DNA from: Priapulus caudatus
Lineage: Eukaryota
Direction: 5' to 3'
Assembly (NCBI RefSeq): GCF_000485595.1
Contig: NW_014577074.1
Coordinates: 863,902 to 926,398 of the forward strand
DNA: 62,497 nt
Made by a program: the position numbers and the translations under genes. Position 1 is the stretch's first letter. Every line of letters starts with the position of its first letter. Below the pieces are notes generated by a model. It was given only the letters and a program-made list of their open reading frames with translations. It ran no database searches and was not told the DNA's origin. Shown piece after piece: positions 1-14,500 of this stretch.

Positions 1-445
1 TGCCAGAATATTGATTCATATCATTGTTCTCCTAGGGTAAGAGGACTGTACCAAAAACATTTTCAAGTAAGAATATAGTAGAGTACGTCTGCTAGTATGC
101 CGCGTCTAGTGTAGCGACGTTGGGGTTAAAACGCTACGCGCAAATTGCTAGGCATTTTCGCGTACGTGTAGCGTACAGCAATACACACGTATTGTAGTCT
201 CGACGTTCGCGTATAGTTCCGTAGTATAATTGCTAAAGAGTGAGCACTTTGATCTTTGTGTTGGTAAGTTGGGGAACCCCTGGCTTTCTGCTACCCGCTC
301 TGCTAGCATAATAGCTATAGAGCAGTGGGTAGCGATACATATCTATGCAAGACTGGTTTGTGTAATTACCATTCCCGTGTGTATTGTGGAAATATTAACA
401 TTTGGGAAGATTCTGGAGGTGACTGATGTTTTTCCAGCATTGTAT

Positions 446-455
446 CAGGAGCCTG
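446..455. mobile_element. 10-bp CAGGAG-family remnant
   Basis: ATTGTAT-caggagcctg-ATTGTAT. Confidence 0.6.
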
Positions 456-3330
456 ATTGTATGTGATCGTAGCTTGTGTATCATTCTCTCGCGTACAATG
501 GAGTACAGTGCTCCACGAGTGCCATATGCAGTGGATGCGTGCACCTCGCTGTCAACTGAATGTTGAGCCGAGTAATTTCTATTGTCGGCCCAGGAATCGC
601 CGTGCTTGCGGATTATAATTTTTTTAATCATCTTTATTTCAATTTCATGAAATCAAGATTACGTGATCAAGGTCATTGGTGGCAATTGCGATCAATATCC
701 CGAGAAAAAAATCACCATTTAAATGTTTAATGTTGATGGGTCAGTGTAAACATATACTCGGTTAAAATATTGTGTTTGAAAGTCAATTGGAATTTGATAG
801 AATTGCATGAATTGAATTTTTAGCTATTGCCAATTTGCCTGCAATTCCCAGTCTTTTATGCACTAGCCAAATGGTTACATTTTGAGACTCAGTGGGGAAA
901 ATTTTTAATATGTTTAATCAGGAGTCTATCAATAGAAGACACACTTGGTAGATATCAAAAACTACCATTTCCTAATCAAAATTCCAAACATGTCCAAATT
1001 CAAATAAATATTAAAGTGCATTTAAATGCCTAGATTCTTGTACTTCATGTATTCAATGAAATGTTATTATGACAGACAGCCAAAGACAGGTTGCTATGGG
1101 CAGAATCGAATAGAACTGGGTGTGGTGGGCAGAATAAGTTAACAGGAACTAAAAGCTGTCCTAATGGCGATACGCAACAAACGTTTTAATGTCTATTTTC
1201 GCTTTAGGCCCGAAGGGATAGTGTGCCTGGTTTCCTGCCTTGCGTTGACCTTGCTATCGCACGGTCGATGAGCTGTGAATAGATCGTTTAGTTTATGCTA
1301 GACCGGTCGTAGGTAAATGTTCCTTTCAGTATGCCATGTATACTGGACATTTGCCAAATGTTGCTGTTTTGCCTTGTGTTTACCTTTGTTGTTCTTTCGC
1401 CGCATTTGTTTACTCGTATTAAACGTAGGAATTTACAGCCACCTTGGCATAATGGTTTCCACCGTCCGCTGTTGCTTCTGGGGAAAATTCCTTGTTAATT
1501 AAAATTTTTAGTTAGTACCGGGTGGCAAATAGACGTTCCACAGGACCAGCTCAATAACTAGCTCCAAGAAATTGCCTCGTCTTTACTCTCTTACATGGCA
1601 GATGTATTGAGACGTTCGGTGCCAGACCATAGTCCGGCTGGCAACTGAATGGCATGAGCGAAATGGAAACCACTTGTCCAAACAATGACGTTTCAGATGC
1701 TGTTTTAGTTGAACATAAGATCTCGAATTCTTTGCTGTTATAGGCTGTGGTGGCACGTTGCCAGTAGGCACTGTTTATGTAAGGGTACAATGTATATCGT
1801 CAATCCGGCTTTATTATGACTGAAATCATAACTCCAAAAGTGTTAATCAGAAGAAGAACAAAGGATGACGAATTTTACATATTTCCCATTCAGACTGACT
1901 TTTATAACGACCCGTTTTCTAGGTCCTATTGGTTTTTATTTATAGACGTGTTGCTCTAGAACCGAGTAGCCTTTGTTCGGTATTTTTTCATTATACACCG
2001 TACTGCATTATTAGACATGCTATATCTCTCACTTGCTTGTTGACAGTGGCTGCAGCATAATAAACAGTAAGCCCAGCAGTGTGACGATGTATGAATAGGT
2101 AGCCGTCACATTTGTGTAGTTTATGTACCGTGCTTCTCCTGATTTGTATTCTGCAATGTCAGTATATTTAGCTGTGTGTTGTTTTCGTTTAGAAGTAGTA
2201 ATAATCGGCGGGCATATGAGATGCTATAGCGACAAGGGGGACTGTACAAGCTGCTCAAACGTACTGCGTGCCAGATATATGTTACAGTGACAAGGGTGGT
2301 AAGGCAGCTTCTGACAGGCAATCGTAGCCTGTCACCGAACCTGTGACCTACCTGCATGGTGATTCGTGTTCCCAGTGCTAGTATCAGGCGCGGTCGTTGT
2401 AAAGGTATGGGTGTGACAGGAACTATGCAGCAGTAACATTGCCCTAGTTTGTTGACCTGTCGTCAATTAGCTCCTAGTCCGTTACAAAGGACAGGGGATT
2501 AAACCGCAGGGATTAATTGACTAGGATGATAATTGCCACCGAAATTGTTGATTCCCTTATTCCTAAGAATCCATCAATGCTCGCAAATTGTCAGTATTTT
2601 TGCAAAGGAGCGTTAATTTACGACGGACGTATCGTCACACCACTTCGCAACCGTTTAGAACATATATGCCGGTTTGAGTTAATCTTGCACTAGACATGGA
2701 TCTAAAATATTTAACTTTTATGCTTACTTCACGGGCATGTTAATGTATGGCTTGCTTTTCATAGACTGGCAATAGCTAGATGAACATAGAGTAACAAAAT
2801 CTCCAGTTATTTAACCGTTTCTTTATACGGTCTGCACGCGTATGTTGTGCCGATGCCAGTGCTGCCCTGTATATGTATATGTACATGTATATATCAGGAG
2901 TGAATAGTAGTAATCTCTATTATTCACTCTTTTATATATGTATGCCTGTGTACGTGTTTCTAGCTGCATGGCAATGAGCAGTGTTCGCCGCGTTAGTGTA
3001 AGTGGGTATTAATTTGTTGACACGACTAACCAACTACCACTAGGCAATCACAATTAACGCCAGAAAAAATGTCCATTGGGGCTGAGATGGGTCTGTGGTA
3101 GCATTTCATATACCCGGCTAGTTCCCGCTGTTGTATACCGCTATTTATTTTGTCATCTCCAGAGGGATTTTATTGGATATCGGATATGGATAATAAGTTG
3201 GCCAATCGGTACATTGCAATGAATGTGTACGGTTTTGGATATTCGTAATACTTTAACGCCACTCCTGATAATACCTAATACCGAAATATATAGTTTCTGT
3301 ACTCTTGATAATATACACCATAGATATATA

Positions 3331-3366
3331 CAGGAGTCTATCAATATTGATATTGATAGACTCCTG
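3331..3366. mobile_element. 36-bp CAGGAG-family remnant (16+4+16)
   Basis: ATATATA-caggagtctatcaata ttga tattgatagactcctg-ATATATA. Confidence 0.8.
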
Positions 3367-3840
3367 ATATATATACAAACACATATATATTATATATACG
3401 TATACACCAAGCGTATATCATGCCGGTGGCGGGTCTTGAAAGGCTGGTTACTTGCCACTTTACATTGCTGTTATCCGCTCCACGGTGCTGTATGCTAACC
3501 ACGGTGGTCTAGCAACGAACTTTGATGCATGGGAGTCTCAGCAGTCAAGCCCTGATGAATATTCTCCTTTAACGACATTCAGGTTGACTATGCGTTGTTA
3601 GTTGTTGCCTGGAGCCACTCCACTGAATGTAGAAGATTAGTAGTTAATGGCCGCGCCGTCTTCCGTACTTCGCAATTCATTGATTCGCTCCGCGTAGACA
3701 ACTTACACACGAGGATATCTGTGCCAGCGGTACTCAAAAGGTGACTGACACTGCACGTGGCTGTGGTAAATCCAAGACAAATTTTCAGGATGCAAAACGC
3801 CCGCAGATACAATGTCAGCTTTGGCAGAGCATGATATAAT

Positions 3841-3875
3841 CAGGAGTCTATCAATAGTCTATTGATAGACTCCTG
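3841..3875. mobile_element. 35-bp CAGGAG-family remnant (17+1+17)
   Basis: ATATAAT-caggagtctatcaatag t ctattgatagactcctg-ATATAAT. Confidence 0.85.
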
Positions 3876-4315
3876 ATATAATGCTAGTTTTGTACGTTAG
3901 TCAAAAACGGAAGTTAGGGATAAATAGGCAGAAATAGAGGTGGAGCAAGATTACGTGAATAATTTGAGAATGACAGGGAGAAATAAGAGAAGGGGCATAG
4001 AGAGTGGATTCTTTACACTTTATCTGTATCCACTACTTTCCTGTCTTCCCCCCCCCCTCAACAACTTTACCATTCTCCTCGACCACTGCCTATTTCCCCT
4101 TCTCCTCACACCCGTATTTCTTTTCTTCAGTATTCGCTCTCCACCTTTCATCTTCCTCCTTTCCTTTCCCTTTTCCTCCTCTTACCCATTTCATCCTTTG
4201 TCGTATACTCGTCATTCTAGTCACTGCTCTCCTTCCTACATCTCTTTCCCTCTTCTTCATGTTTTCCTTCAGCTTCTTTCACCTCTCTCCTCTTTCTTCC
4301 CTTGTCCCTCTTCAC

Positions 4316-4392
4316 TAACCCGACCAGGCTGTGTGACTAACGTCAATATACACAGGTCTCCTAACCCTAGCAAAGACCGTTTCTTGGAGCTA
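4316..4392 (+). mobile_element. 77-bp deletion derivative of the TAG...CTA family 'C'
   Basis: Ends taacccgaccaggctgtg / ccgtttcttggagcta match 61386-62151. 9-bp TSD CCTCTTCAC (4307-4315, 4393-4401). Confidence 0.75.
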
Positions 4393-6975
4393 CCTCTTCA
4401 CCTGCGTTCCCTCAACCCTCTCCTTCTCGTCCGCTTCCCTGTTTCCGCTTGATTGAATCTGTCAGTATGTGCTGGCATTGCGCCCACTGGCATTTTGTCT
4501 CGTGCCAATGCCCTGCGTGCGTCCCCTGTATATTGTTGTAAAATATACTGTAGTATTGTTTGCCTGCTCGTTCGTATAATGCCTGTACGATGAGAAGTAC
4601 TGCTAGGCGTAGCGACTGTATGTTCGATTCATAGAGCAACACATTTCTGCTGTTAGCGTTTGGCAGGATTACATGTGGTTTAAGCTAAATTTATTTTTAA
4701 CAAACTGTAGGTTTGATGTCCAATAAATACTTTATGTAAAGTAAATTCTTGATGACGTAATACAGTTATTTGACACTGTTAATAACAGACACATCGCATG
4801 TTCTGTTCAACTAGCTCTCGCCTATACATGCGTGAAAGTGTTAAATTTCCTTTTGAAGTAGGTGACAATGACACGGACAATGAATGCATTACTAATTGCT
4901 ACACGTACCTGTCGCAGGTTACCTACACATAGATGAAATTTTTAAGCGTTGTGCTTTTGATTTTTTTGCTACTGGAAAGTTTCAATGCGTAAGCAAAACG
5001 CAAAGGAACGAGTATGCCATGTTTAATAGTACATTTTTCTGCTAATTAGACAAGAAAGGTCGGATGCTAATCACTATATGATATCTTCCCGTCGTGTGTT
5101 TTTTTTGTGGCGATCGTAAAATATTAATTTAGAAATTCCGCATGAACGTGTTTCACGTGAGTGTGCAGCAGTGTATAGCACGGGGATGTGATTTTACGTT
5201 AGCTGTGTCGTGTTGCTATGTCCTACTCGTACGCCGTTACCAATGATCTCCCGTGTTTATTACGATGGCGTACGTATTTCGATCCACTCTACGCAGCAGT
5301 ACGTTGCGGCAGTACATGTCTGCCTTCTGGTAATATCAGTAATTATGAATTATTTTGTGCTCGGGTGTATAGCGTGAGATTTTCTTGCGAAAGAATGTGC
5401 ACTCTATGTATAATTGATGAGCCCTGGCTACTACCACAGTACGCACCGTATATGACTGACTGTAGACTGTAGAAACAGGACTGTATGATATCAAGAGCTA
5501 ATAATGGATATATGAGGTTGTAATGCCCGTGTTGGAGCGGTTCTCACGTGCACATGTTGTTGTTGTATGCGTAGGTGGCGTACGGTACAAGCTGCAGCCT
5601 GCTCGTATCGAGTGACGACTGCAAACGAGAACCATCTCGTGGCTCAACTCATGCCCTAATATAGTTGCTTTCACACAGTTGTAATGTGCTTGCACGTGAA
5701 ATGGCTCGAATGACTGGAGATACGTGTGGAGATTAGAGAGGGATATGACGCTGACCTAGCTGCTGCGATGTTTCGCTAATATGAATGCGTCATTGATCGA
5801 TCGGATACGATAGGATCCTTGATAGATCGGATACTTGATAGGATCATATCTTAATTCACCTTCTTTATATACGCTCTTGATAGGATACATATGCACGTAT
5901 ACAAAATGACGAGTAAGGCTATAACAGCCTCACGCCGTAAGCAAATACTGGCATTGCCTGATGCAGATGCCTTAATTGCTCGGAACGGAGAAAGGGGAAA
6001 ACTTTTCGTATTTTTTCTCTTGCGCTTGATACCAATACCACGGTGAAATTACACTTAGGGAAATTGTAGACAACCAGAAAATAGCGTATGAAAATTAAAT
6101 GAAGTAAAACTCATGAAAGAAATTCACGGCCCCCTATGTAGTAATAATAATCCTCTAGTAGTTGGCTTACATTCTTTGGGTGGGGACATTAGTGGGCGAT
6201 AGTTCGTTCATCCTGTGATTTCAAACCGACAGAGCATATAGTGATTGCCCAATTCTTATGATCACTGACCCGAAGGATCCACGCTCTTCGAGTGGCGTTT
6301 CCGTAAGCGAGTAATGCCAGGTTGGATAAGCGGGTGACTCAAATTTGGACGCAATAGTGTGCAATTTGGTGAGTAGTATAATGCGTAGCTTGAATCCGGG
6401 TTCCTTCTCAGACACTGCGTTCCGCATAGCTGACAGTGCTCTCCACGCTTGCCTACCCATGAGCAAATTACCTTACAAGGCATAGGTGGAACCAGTCATG
6501 CAGGTGTTTAAATCTGGCATTGCCCGACAGGGATGATTGTGGGGTCTAACGTGTACATAACCTAGCTGTATCAGCCGTTCTCAGTTGCTGTAGGTGACGT
6601 ATTTGAGTTTGTGGTTACCTGATTGTATAAGGGTATCTTTCTTCGTCTTGCTGGCACAAAGTCCTACTGTTAGGGAAAGGGGAAATGGCTTTGCAATGCG
6701 TACTTTGTTTTCAATTGATACAATCATATACAAGACTGATTGACATTGCTCTTAAATATGATAAGGTTGTGTGATGGTGGAGACTGCATTTCTTTCGATA
6801 ATTGTAAATGCTGGCATGTGTTATACTGTATATTATTGTAAATAAAGACGTTGTATCAGTCTGTATATTATTAGCGTAACCTTATCTATACAATAATTAG
6901 AAGTTATTAAAAACAAACAAATTGTAAACAATTTGTTATTATTCACTTCTGACACAATGTATATATATATCTATG

Positions 6976-7070
6976 TAGCTCCAAGAAACGCATATACGTG
7001 TGTATTGACATTATATTATATTATATTATATTACGTTATATTACATTAGTCTCGCTGCCTGGTTGGGGTG
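6976..7070 (-). mobile_element. Short degenerate copy of family 'C'
   Basis: tagctccaagaaacg...gcctggttgggg, the reverse complement of both family-C ends. Flanked by atatctat-like repeats. Confidence 0.55.
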
Positions 7071-8521
7071 GTGCCCGTGTATATCTATAGTACATTTATA
7101 TATGTTTGTAGTATTAGCAGCATTTAGATTTAAAAAATAAAGGCAAACATGTAATTGAACATAATTTTATAAATTCCTCTTTCACACGTTTCAGATGGCC
7201 CAGATTACATAGATTAATATATATGCGAAGGAATTTGTTATAACCATGTTTGATAAGCATAAGCCGAATAAATCTCGTGTGCAATAGAGCGGAGAAGAAA
7301 TAAAATATTTCCACCTGGGTCTCCTGACCGTTTCATATTGCTCCTTACATGTCAGCTGAGCCAGCACACCCATGGGGGTATTTTGTGGTAATACGGTTGA
7401 TGTACTCGTATTCAGCTGGACATTAGGCTGGTAGGATGGGAGGATCATTCTGCAAGGTCATTCTGACCATGTTAGCTAAGCTAATAATAATTTGGCCCAC
7501 TCTAATCTCATCAGGTGTGAGCTTACTACGTGTGCATGTCGTGACCTACATCTAACTTCATTATCTAGCTAACTGGTATAGTCTCGCACCTAAATGTATC
7601 TAATTGGACACAGTGAATAACCAGGAATAGTTTACTTTCATGTTAGTATATTGTCAGTGCAAACATTTTTTCCTACGTAACATTGGTCTGATAAGATTGC
7701 ATATGCTTAGCCTTTACTATGTGATATTAGACTCAACAGATCAGCCACATGTGTCATTTAGCAGATTTAAGATTAATTATATAGGGAACGATGTAATATT
7801 TGACCTTGTGCCATAGATTTCTAAATATCCATAATTCAATCAATCTCACGATGTAACTCGGCTAAATCGTGTTTCCAACAAAGAATTATTGTACCATGAA
7901 TGTAAATAAAGATAAAGGGCTCGAATTTCACCATGGTGCTACCTTACTTCTCGCGGTTTCCCAAAAGCTTGCGTGGTATACGTAGCAATAAAACGTTGTG
8001 GCTGCCCTACCTGGTATGCCTATATGCCCTTCCCATAAACTCCATCTTGTGTAGGTATTCCTATTTGTCCCCACATAAAATGTGAACCTCCTTTTAAAAT
8101 ATCACCCTTCTTTGAAGAAAATTTTTACCTTGGGACCCCCTTCAATTGCCATGATGCCCTAAAATGTTCCATTAAACCCAAAGCAACACTTGCATTGACC
8201 TCAAAAGATTTTTCCAATTTTACAATTTTACCCAAATATAAGTAGTCTAATGATGGCAATTCAAAACATCACTAATCAGCCTTCTGCTCACACTAGTAGA
8301 GTACAATGTTGGTTGGTTACTCCACTGCATTTTTTGCCAATGCGATTTCTCAGCGTGTGTTATACGTGTGGATGTAGAAATATAAGTAGTCTAATGATGG
8401 TGATCCAAAACATCACCAATCAGCTCCCTTCTAGCAAAATGTAAAAATGTGGGTTGGTTATTTCCGTGTACATCGTGCCAATGCCTCACTCAATTGCGAT
8501 GTTTCGGCGTGTGTTCTACAG

Positions 8522-11500
8522 GTCGATGTCGACGGTAACGGCTACGTCACGGTGGACGAGCTGGGTGACGCACTGAACACTGTCGGCATCAAAATCGCAC
8601 CGTACGAGGTGCGGCGGCTCATCAACGAGTATGACCTCGACAAGGAAGGCTCGCAGGGAAGGGGCAAGCTGCAGTTTGAGGAGTTTCAGCAGGTGAGAAT
8701 TAGAGGGAATTTATCGTGAAAGTCGTCATAGTAGATGGTGTAACATTGTTCCAGGTTGTCACGTTACTTTAAAACTACTTTCGCTTGTCAGACTATTGTT
8801 ACGTTGTTGACAACTATATGAACGGAATAGTATTACTATTAGGCACAGAACAAACACTGAAAATTTACTTTGGTTCTCAACTTCTGGCGGTTGTTTGAGA
8901 AAATGCTCAGTGGACAATGTACTAGTAATGTGTTACAACTTGATCAATTCATAATGGTGAGTAATGGAATTAATTGTATCTCTCAGCTGTGCATCAGTCT
9001 GCGCTCCAAGGACATTGCCACGAAATTCCGCAAGCTGGTTACGAAGCGGACGAACCTGGACACCCTCAGTGGTATGTCGCAGGCATCGGCCGAGGGAACG
9101 ACGCACTCTGTGCGCCACGAGGAGGAGGTAGCCTTCTCTGACTGGATAAACACGTACGTGCGCTTGCATGCTGCTGACTAGTTGCTGTTGTACAGCAGAG
9201 CAATCGTCCGTATTCTGTATCTTTTCTCTGTGTGATTTTAAACATTTGCTTGAGGTGTGGTAATGAATGGGCTTGTTGACCATTGGGATCATGGAAAGAT
9301 TAAGAACTATTGTATAAGTATAATATTCTAGTATGTCCATAGAGGGCACCACTTACCTATGCTGTGTTAAGTCATGCCTGTATACCTTGAGTGTTCACTG
9401 ATACATAAGAACATTAGTTACGCTTGTCTTACGTCTGTGACTGTACCTTTTGTGCTAAAATTTGTTCCCCTCTCCTTTCAGAAACCTGGGTCATGACCGT
9501 GATGTGGGTCATCTCCTACCAATAGATGCAGATGGCAAGAGCTTGTACGCAAAAGTGAATGACGGAATACTTCTTTGGTAAAGATAATATATGCATTGTA
9601 CCATACTTTATACATTATAACATTATAAAATTGTACATATTTAAAAGCTCTCCAATGCCAATCAGACGGGTAGCTGCCATACGCACCAGTCCATTTGTCC
9701 CGTACACTACACTGTCCAGTCTCAATCGAGATATTGGCTGGTAATCAAGTCGGAAACGAGTTCTGGGGAAAAAAACATTCTATGACTGGAAAACTGCTTG
9801 TTGAATAATCAAACCGATAGTATAATAACATTAAATACCTTAACCGGGCTCTTACATTAGCCAGGATCACAGGCATGGTGCGTGCAATTCTCTTTGCTTC
9901 TCCCAAATATTTCTCCAGCATTTGGCACCCGTTACGTTCAGTACGAACATTCAAGTTTTAACGTTCGAGTACGTTCCACTGCCGAACCCATTCGGGAAGA
10001 ACAGCCTAAAAAGTCGACCGCTTGCCTCACAGTAAGATCATCAACCACTCGGTGCCAGAGACGATCGACGAGCGCGCGATCAACAAGAAGAACCTGACCA
10101 TCTACCGCAAGCACGAGAACCTGGTGCTGGCGCTGAACTCGGCATCGGCGATCGGCTGCAACATCGTCAACATCGGCGCCGCCGACCTCGAGCAGGGCAA
10201 GCCGCATCTCGTGCTCGGCCTCGTCTGGCAGATCATCAGGGTGAGTGCGCTGCTGCTGCCGCTGCCGGCGAGCCCGCCAGGGGGCCGGGAGCAATGTTCC
10301 CTCTAATTATTAGTAGTCAGTGTGCGCAAAAATCTTATGTTATCACTGAATTGTTGTGCAAATGTAAACATGAAATAGTTTCAAGATAATTTTGGCACAG
10401 GCTATCTCTCATGGCTAATAAAACTGTATTGGCATGTTTTAATATAATACAAGTATGATTGCATTCTATGAAGTACGGTATTTAGTTAAGATTTTATTCT
10501 ATACTTTGAACTACTTTGTTCAGTTTGTTGTTCCTTTTATTTTACTTTTAGGTAAATAGCCTTTTGTGTACACATTAATTTCCTTTGTGCGCTGGTTGCA
10601 AAATGTGTGTGCGGTAGGTCAGCTTAGAGGTAACACTGGCGGGGGAGCAGGGCACGCCAAGCGGCGCTGCACGACGTGAAGCGCGGTTGTCCCTGCAACG
10701 CGTTGTCATCTCGCGAGGCCGCATAGATTGCTGCGCGTGAGACGAGCAGAATCATGCACGGGGAAGTTCGCGGTTATGTCCGAGAGATGCCTCTTAGTAA
10801 TTGCAGTAACGTTGCCATTTGAGTGTGTTCAAGCTACGTTGAATGTCCTGTTAGGGCAAATTTGGTGAAGCTAATTAGAGAAGGCTGGAAGACGGAACTG
10901 GTGCAGGGTGGGGATGTGACAGCGATGCTGGTTACACGTTTCAGATCGGACTATTCAACCAGATCGATCTTCAGCACTGTCCTGGCCTCGCTGCTCTTGT
11001 ACAAGATGGAGAGAGGCTGGAGGACATGATGAAGCTGTCTCCTGAGAGCATCCTCATCCGCTGGGTGAACTATCACCTGGAGAGGGCCGGCGTCAGCAAG
11101 CGAGTGTCAAACTTCACCTCAGACATCATGGTAAATGTCGTGTCGTGCGATTCTTCTGCGTTGTTACAGTCGCCGTGTTTTGCTATGGAGTCGGCTGTCG
11201 TTGCGCATGTTTGGCCCTCAGGCCATATGTTTCTGCGGTTGAAATAGCATGTAAAAAAGTTGTGGAATTATTTGCAGATTATTGTTGAGATTAGTGAAAG
11301 GTATAGTTGTAAGGCTTTTTGAATTGCAGTTGCCATTTTATCGCAGGGAATTTTAAAATGCTTACTTTGAGAAGCACACACAGTTTGCTTGCTATTGAGT
11401 ATGTGACAAGTCACACACCCAGATAAGGCATTCATGTGGACTTTACTGTTGTTATTCATCTGCGCAGCCTGCAAGGATTTACTTTTCGACATGACCTAAA

Positions 11501-14500
11501 TGACCCCTATTGAAAGCTGAAATCACGTCAAATCCATGTGCTTTCAGTTTTAGACACATCCCTTGTGACCCCCATTGAGAGCAGCAATTTCATAAAACCT
11601 GTTTACACTCTCAGCTGCATCCTAGAGTCACACGTTTTACAATAGTACTGCTGTTTGAAGTTGCCCCAATGTTTATGCAGTTTGCGTGTGCTCGCTGGCC
11701 TAGCAAACGTTTAGCTTTTATTGTATAGATATGGGATTTCCAAATGCCTGTGGGTGAAGGTAGTGCACGTTGTATTGTATGAACGTCAACTAACAGTTTA
11801 TATGAAGAAAGGTGCGTGTGTTTGCTCAATATTTGTTGTAAAATGTTTATGGGGATCAAAATAATTGTGGTTTACAAGATTTGTTTTCACCTGTACTTGT
11901 AGTTGATTCCTTTCACAGTCCTACCCTCTACCCTTATGCAGTGAAATAAATTCTCCGGTCACTAGTCCAGTTTGGATCGTAGTCTGTGATCCACAGCAGT
12001 GCTAGTTCTGCTGCAGTGGTCTGCCGTGGATATTTCTTGTAATGGGTGGGGCAAGGCACAAAGTTATGGTGAAGAGGCGAATTACATTTTATGAAACATT
12101 GGATCACTTTAGAAATGTAAGGACTTTAGCCACTATTGTATTACGTGATGTGCATCTTCGTAAAACTAGTGTGATATTCATATGGTGAATTGACCACAAA
12201 CGTTGTTTATGTGTTTGTGTTACAGGACTCTGAAGCGTACATCCACTTGCTTAACCAAATCGCACCAAAGGAGGCTGGAGTGACTACAACTGCTATCCAT
12301 GTACGTCTCTCACAATTAAGTTGACACTTTATATGAGTATCTTAATTTTTACATCTTTACTATTCAGTTATTTACCAAGCGGCTTGGCGGTTTATTGTAC
12401 ACTTTTAGATTTAGTGCTGTTTACTGCTGTGCAGTGTCTGTGAGTATGCATGTATGTGTGTAATTTTTAATGAGCTTATTGTGAGAATGTTTATGCTATA
12501 CTCTACAGGAGACTGACAAGTTGAAGCGTGCTGAATCAATGCTGTGTGAGGCAGACAAGATCGACTGCCGAGCATTTGTGACCGCACAGGATGTTGTCAG
12601 TGGCAACAGCAAGCTTAACACTGCCTTCGTCGCAAACTTGTTCAACATGTACCCGGCGCTCGACAAACCTGAAGACATTCCTGACTGGGAAATGGAGGGA
12701 GAAAGCGCAGAGGAGAAGAGTGAGTGTGCTTGTGTTACATACCAGTGTGATTTACTATGGCTAAATATATGCGTGCACTGGCCAAAAAGGTCTGTGAGGC
12801 GGTAAAATTTCTTTCTATGTGTTTGCATGTTTTTTGAGGTCTTAGCAAAGCGAGCACCGCAGGTGATTGTCCAGCTAGGGGGATCCGGGGAATTCTTTGA
12901 AAAAATGATGCAATTTGATGCATTCTAAGCTATTTTGGTACTATAAGCACTGACTGTTATATGGAAGAACTGTGATTTTTGTCAGCGAGACGGTGTTTTG
13001 GACAAATTTCTGTGTGGCGGCTGAGAATTTTAGTGAGGCGGCCCGCCTTCGTGTTCGCGGCGCTAGTGTCAATGCAGGGGAAACACTGTGTCTTGTAGAT
13101 TTTTGTTCAGGAATTATTGAGAGTTGTATTGTAACCATGTGCATGTAGCGAATATTATAATTTGTGTTATGAGTTTATTTAGTAATAACCCTGTATTGAC
13201 GTAATGACCATATGTGACTATATTCACATGCATTTGAATGACAAATAACAATTGGGCACGGAAGTAATAATGCATCATTTTTCCTGTAGCGTATCGCAAC
13301 TGGATGAATAGTATGGGTGTGAGTCCCTATGTGAACTGGCTCTACAGTGACTTGTGTGATGGACTCATCATTTTCCAGGTGCGCTATAATCTAAATGACT
13401 AGTAAAATCAAAACCTTCAATAATTAAATGAATAATTAAGTATTTGAATAATTATTCTTACATCATGTTAACGTCTTGAGTCATTATGTCTTAATTGATG
13501 TGTCAATCTGCTCATGATATCTTCACGTAGGGTTTCTCTTTAAATTCTGTAGACGAGGCCTTACATTTAACATTAATTATCATTTTCTTTTGTATTGCTC
13601 TCTGCCATTAGTTGTATGACATCATCAAGCCTGGCATCGTCAATTGGAATCGTGTACACAAGAAGTTTTCCAAGTTGAAGGCCTTCATGGAGAAGATCGA
13701 GAACTGTAACTATGCTGTCGAGCTGGGAAAAGAGCTGAAATTTTCCCTGGTTGGTGTTGGCGGCCAGGATCTCAATGAAGGAAACCAGACACTCACACTA
13801 GGTACTTACTTACTTATTATCATGTGCATAGGACAAGTATGGTCATGGTAGCATGGCTTTAAAATCGAATATGGTTTCGAGTATAGAGTGTGAATCGTCT
13901 CATGTAACTCATTGAGATATAGTGCACTTGTAGGTGCACTGCAGGGTGGCAGTGAGGACTGGAACATGATGCAATTCTGATCTGTTGCAGCGTTGGTGTG
14001 GCAGTTGATGAGGGCATACACTCTTAGCATCCTGACTCAGCTGAGTGGAGCTGGCCACCCAATCGTAGAAAGGGAAATCATTGTGTGGGTCAATAACAAG
14101 GTAATTGCTGGCACCCGCATAATTCCCGCAAAGGCTAAAGTCATAGAGGTCACAAAATGACTGCTATAAAAGAGAGACCACATTATATGGGTATTTAGTA
14201 GCTTTAACATTAAGGTTTCCTTTTGTAGATATTATATATTGCTGTTTAATATTATTAGCAGAAAAAACTCTTAACACACAGCTTCATTGTCAAATTGATT
14301 CCATGGGTGTTGCAATTGTTATGCCTTCATTGATTTCAGTTGAAATCCAGTAACAAGAAGTCATGCATCACAAGTTTCCAGGATCCGAGTATAGGTAATG
14401 CGCGGGTCGTGATTGACCTAGTCGATGCGATCAAGCCAGGCTCCATCAACTATGACGTCGTCAGGAGTGGTCTAAGTGAACAGGTAGGGTGGATGTGTAC

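Noticed and set aside
3940..4452. 170-aa Phe/Leu/Pro/Ser ORF as a membrane protein or plastin exon 1
   Set aside because: Pyrimidine-rich low-complexity DNA containing a transposon remnant; no plastin similarity.
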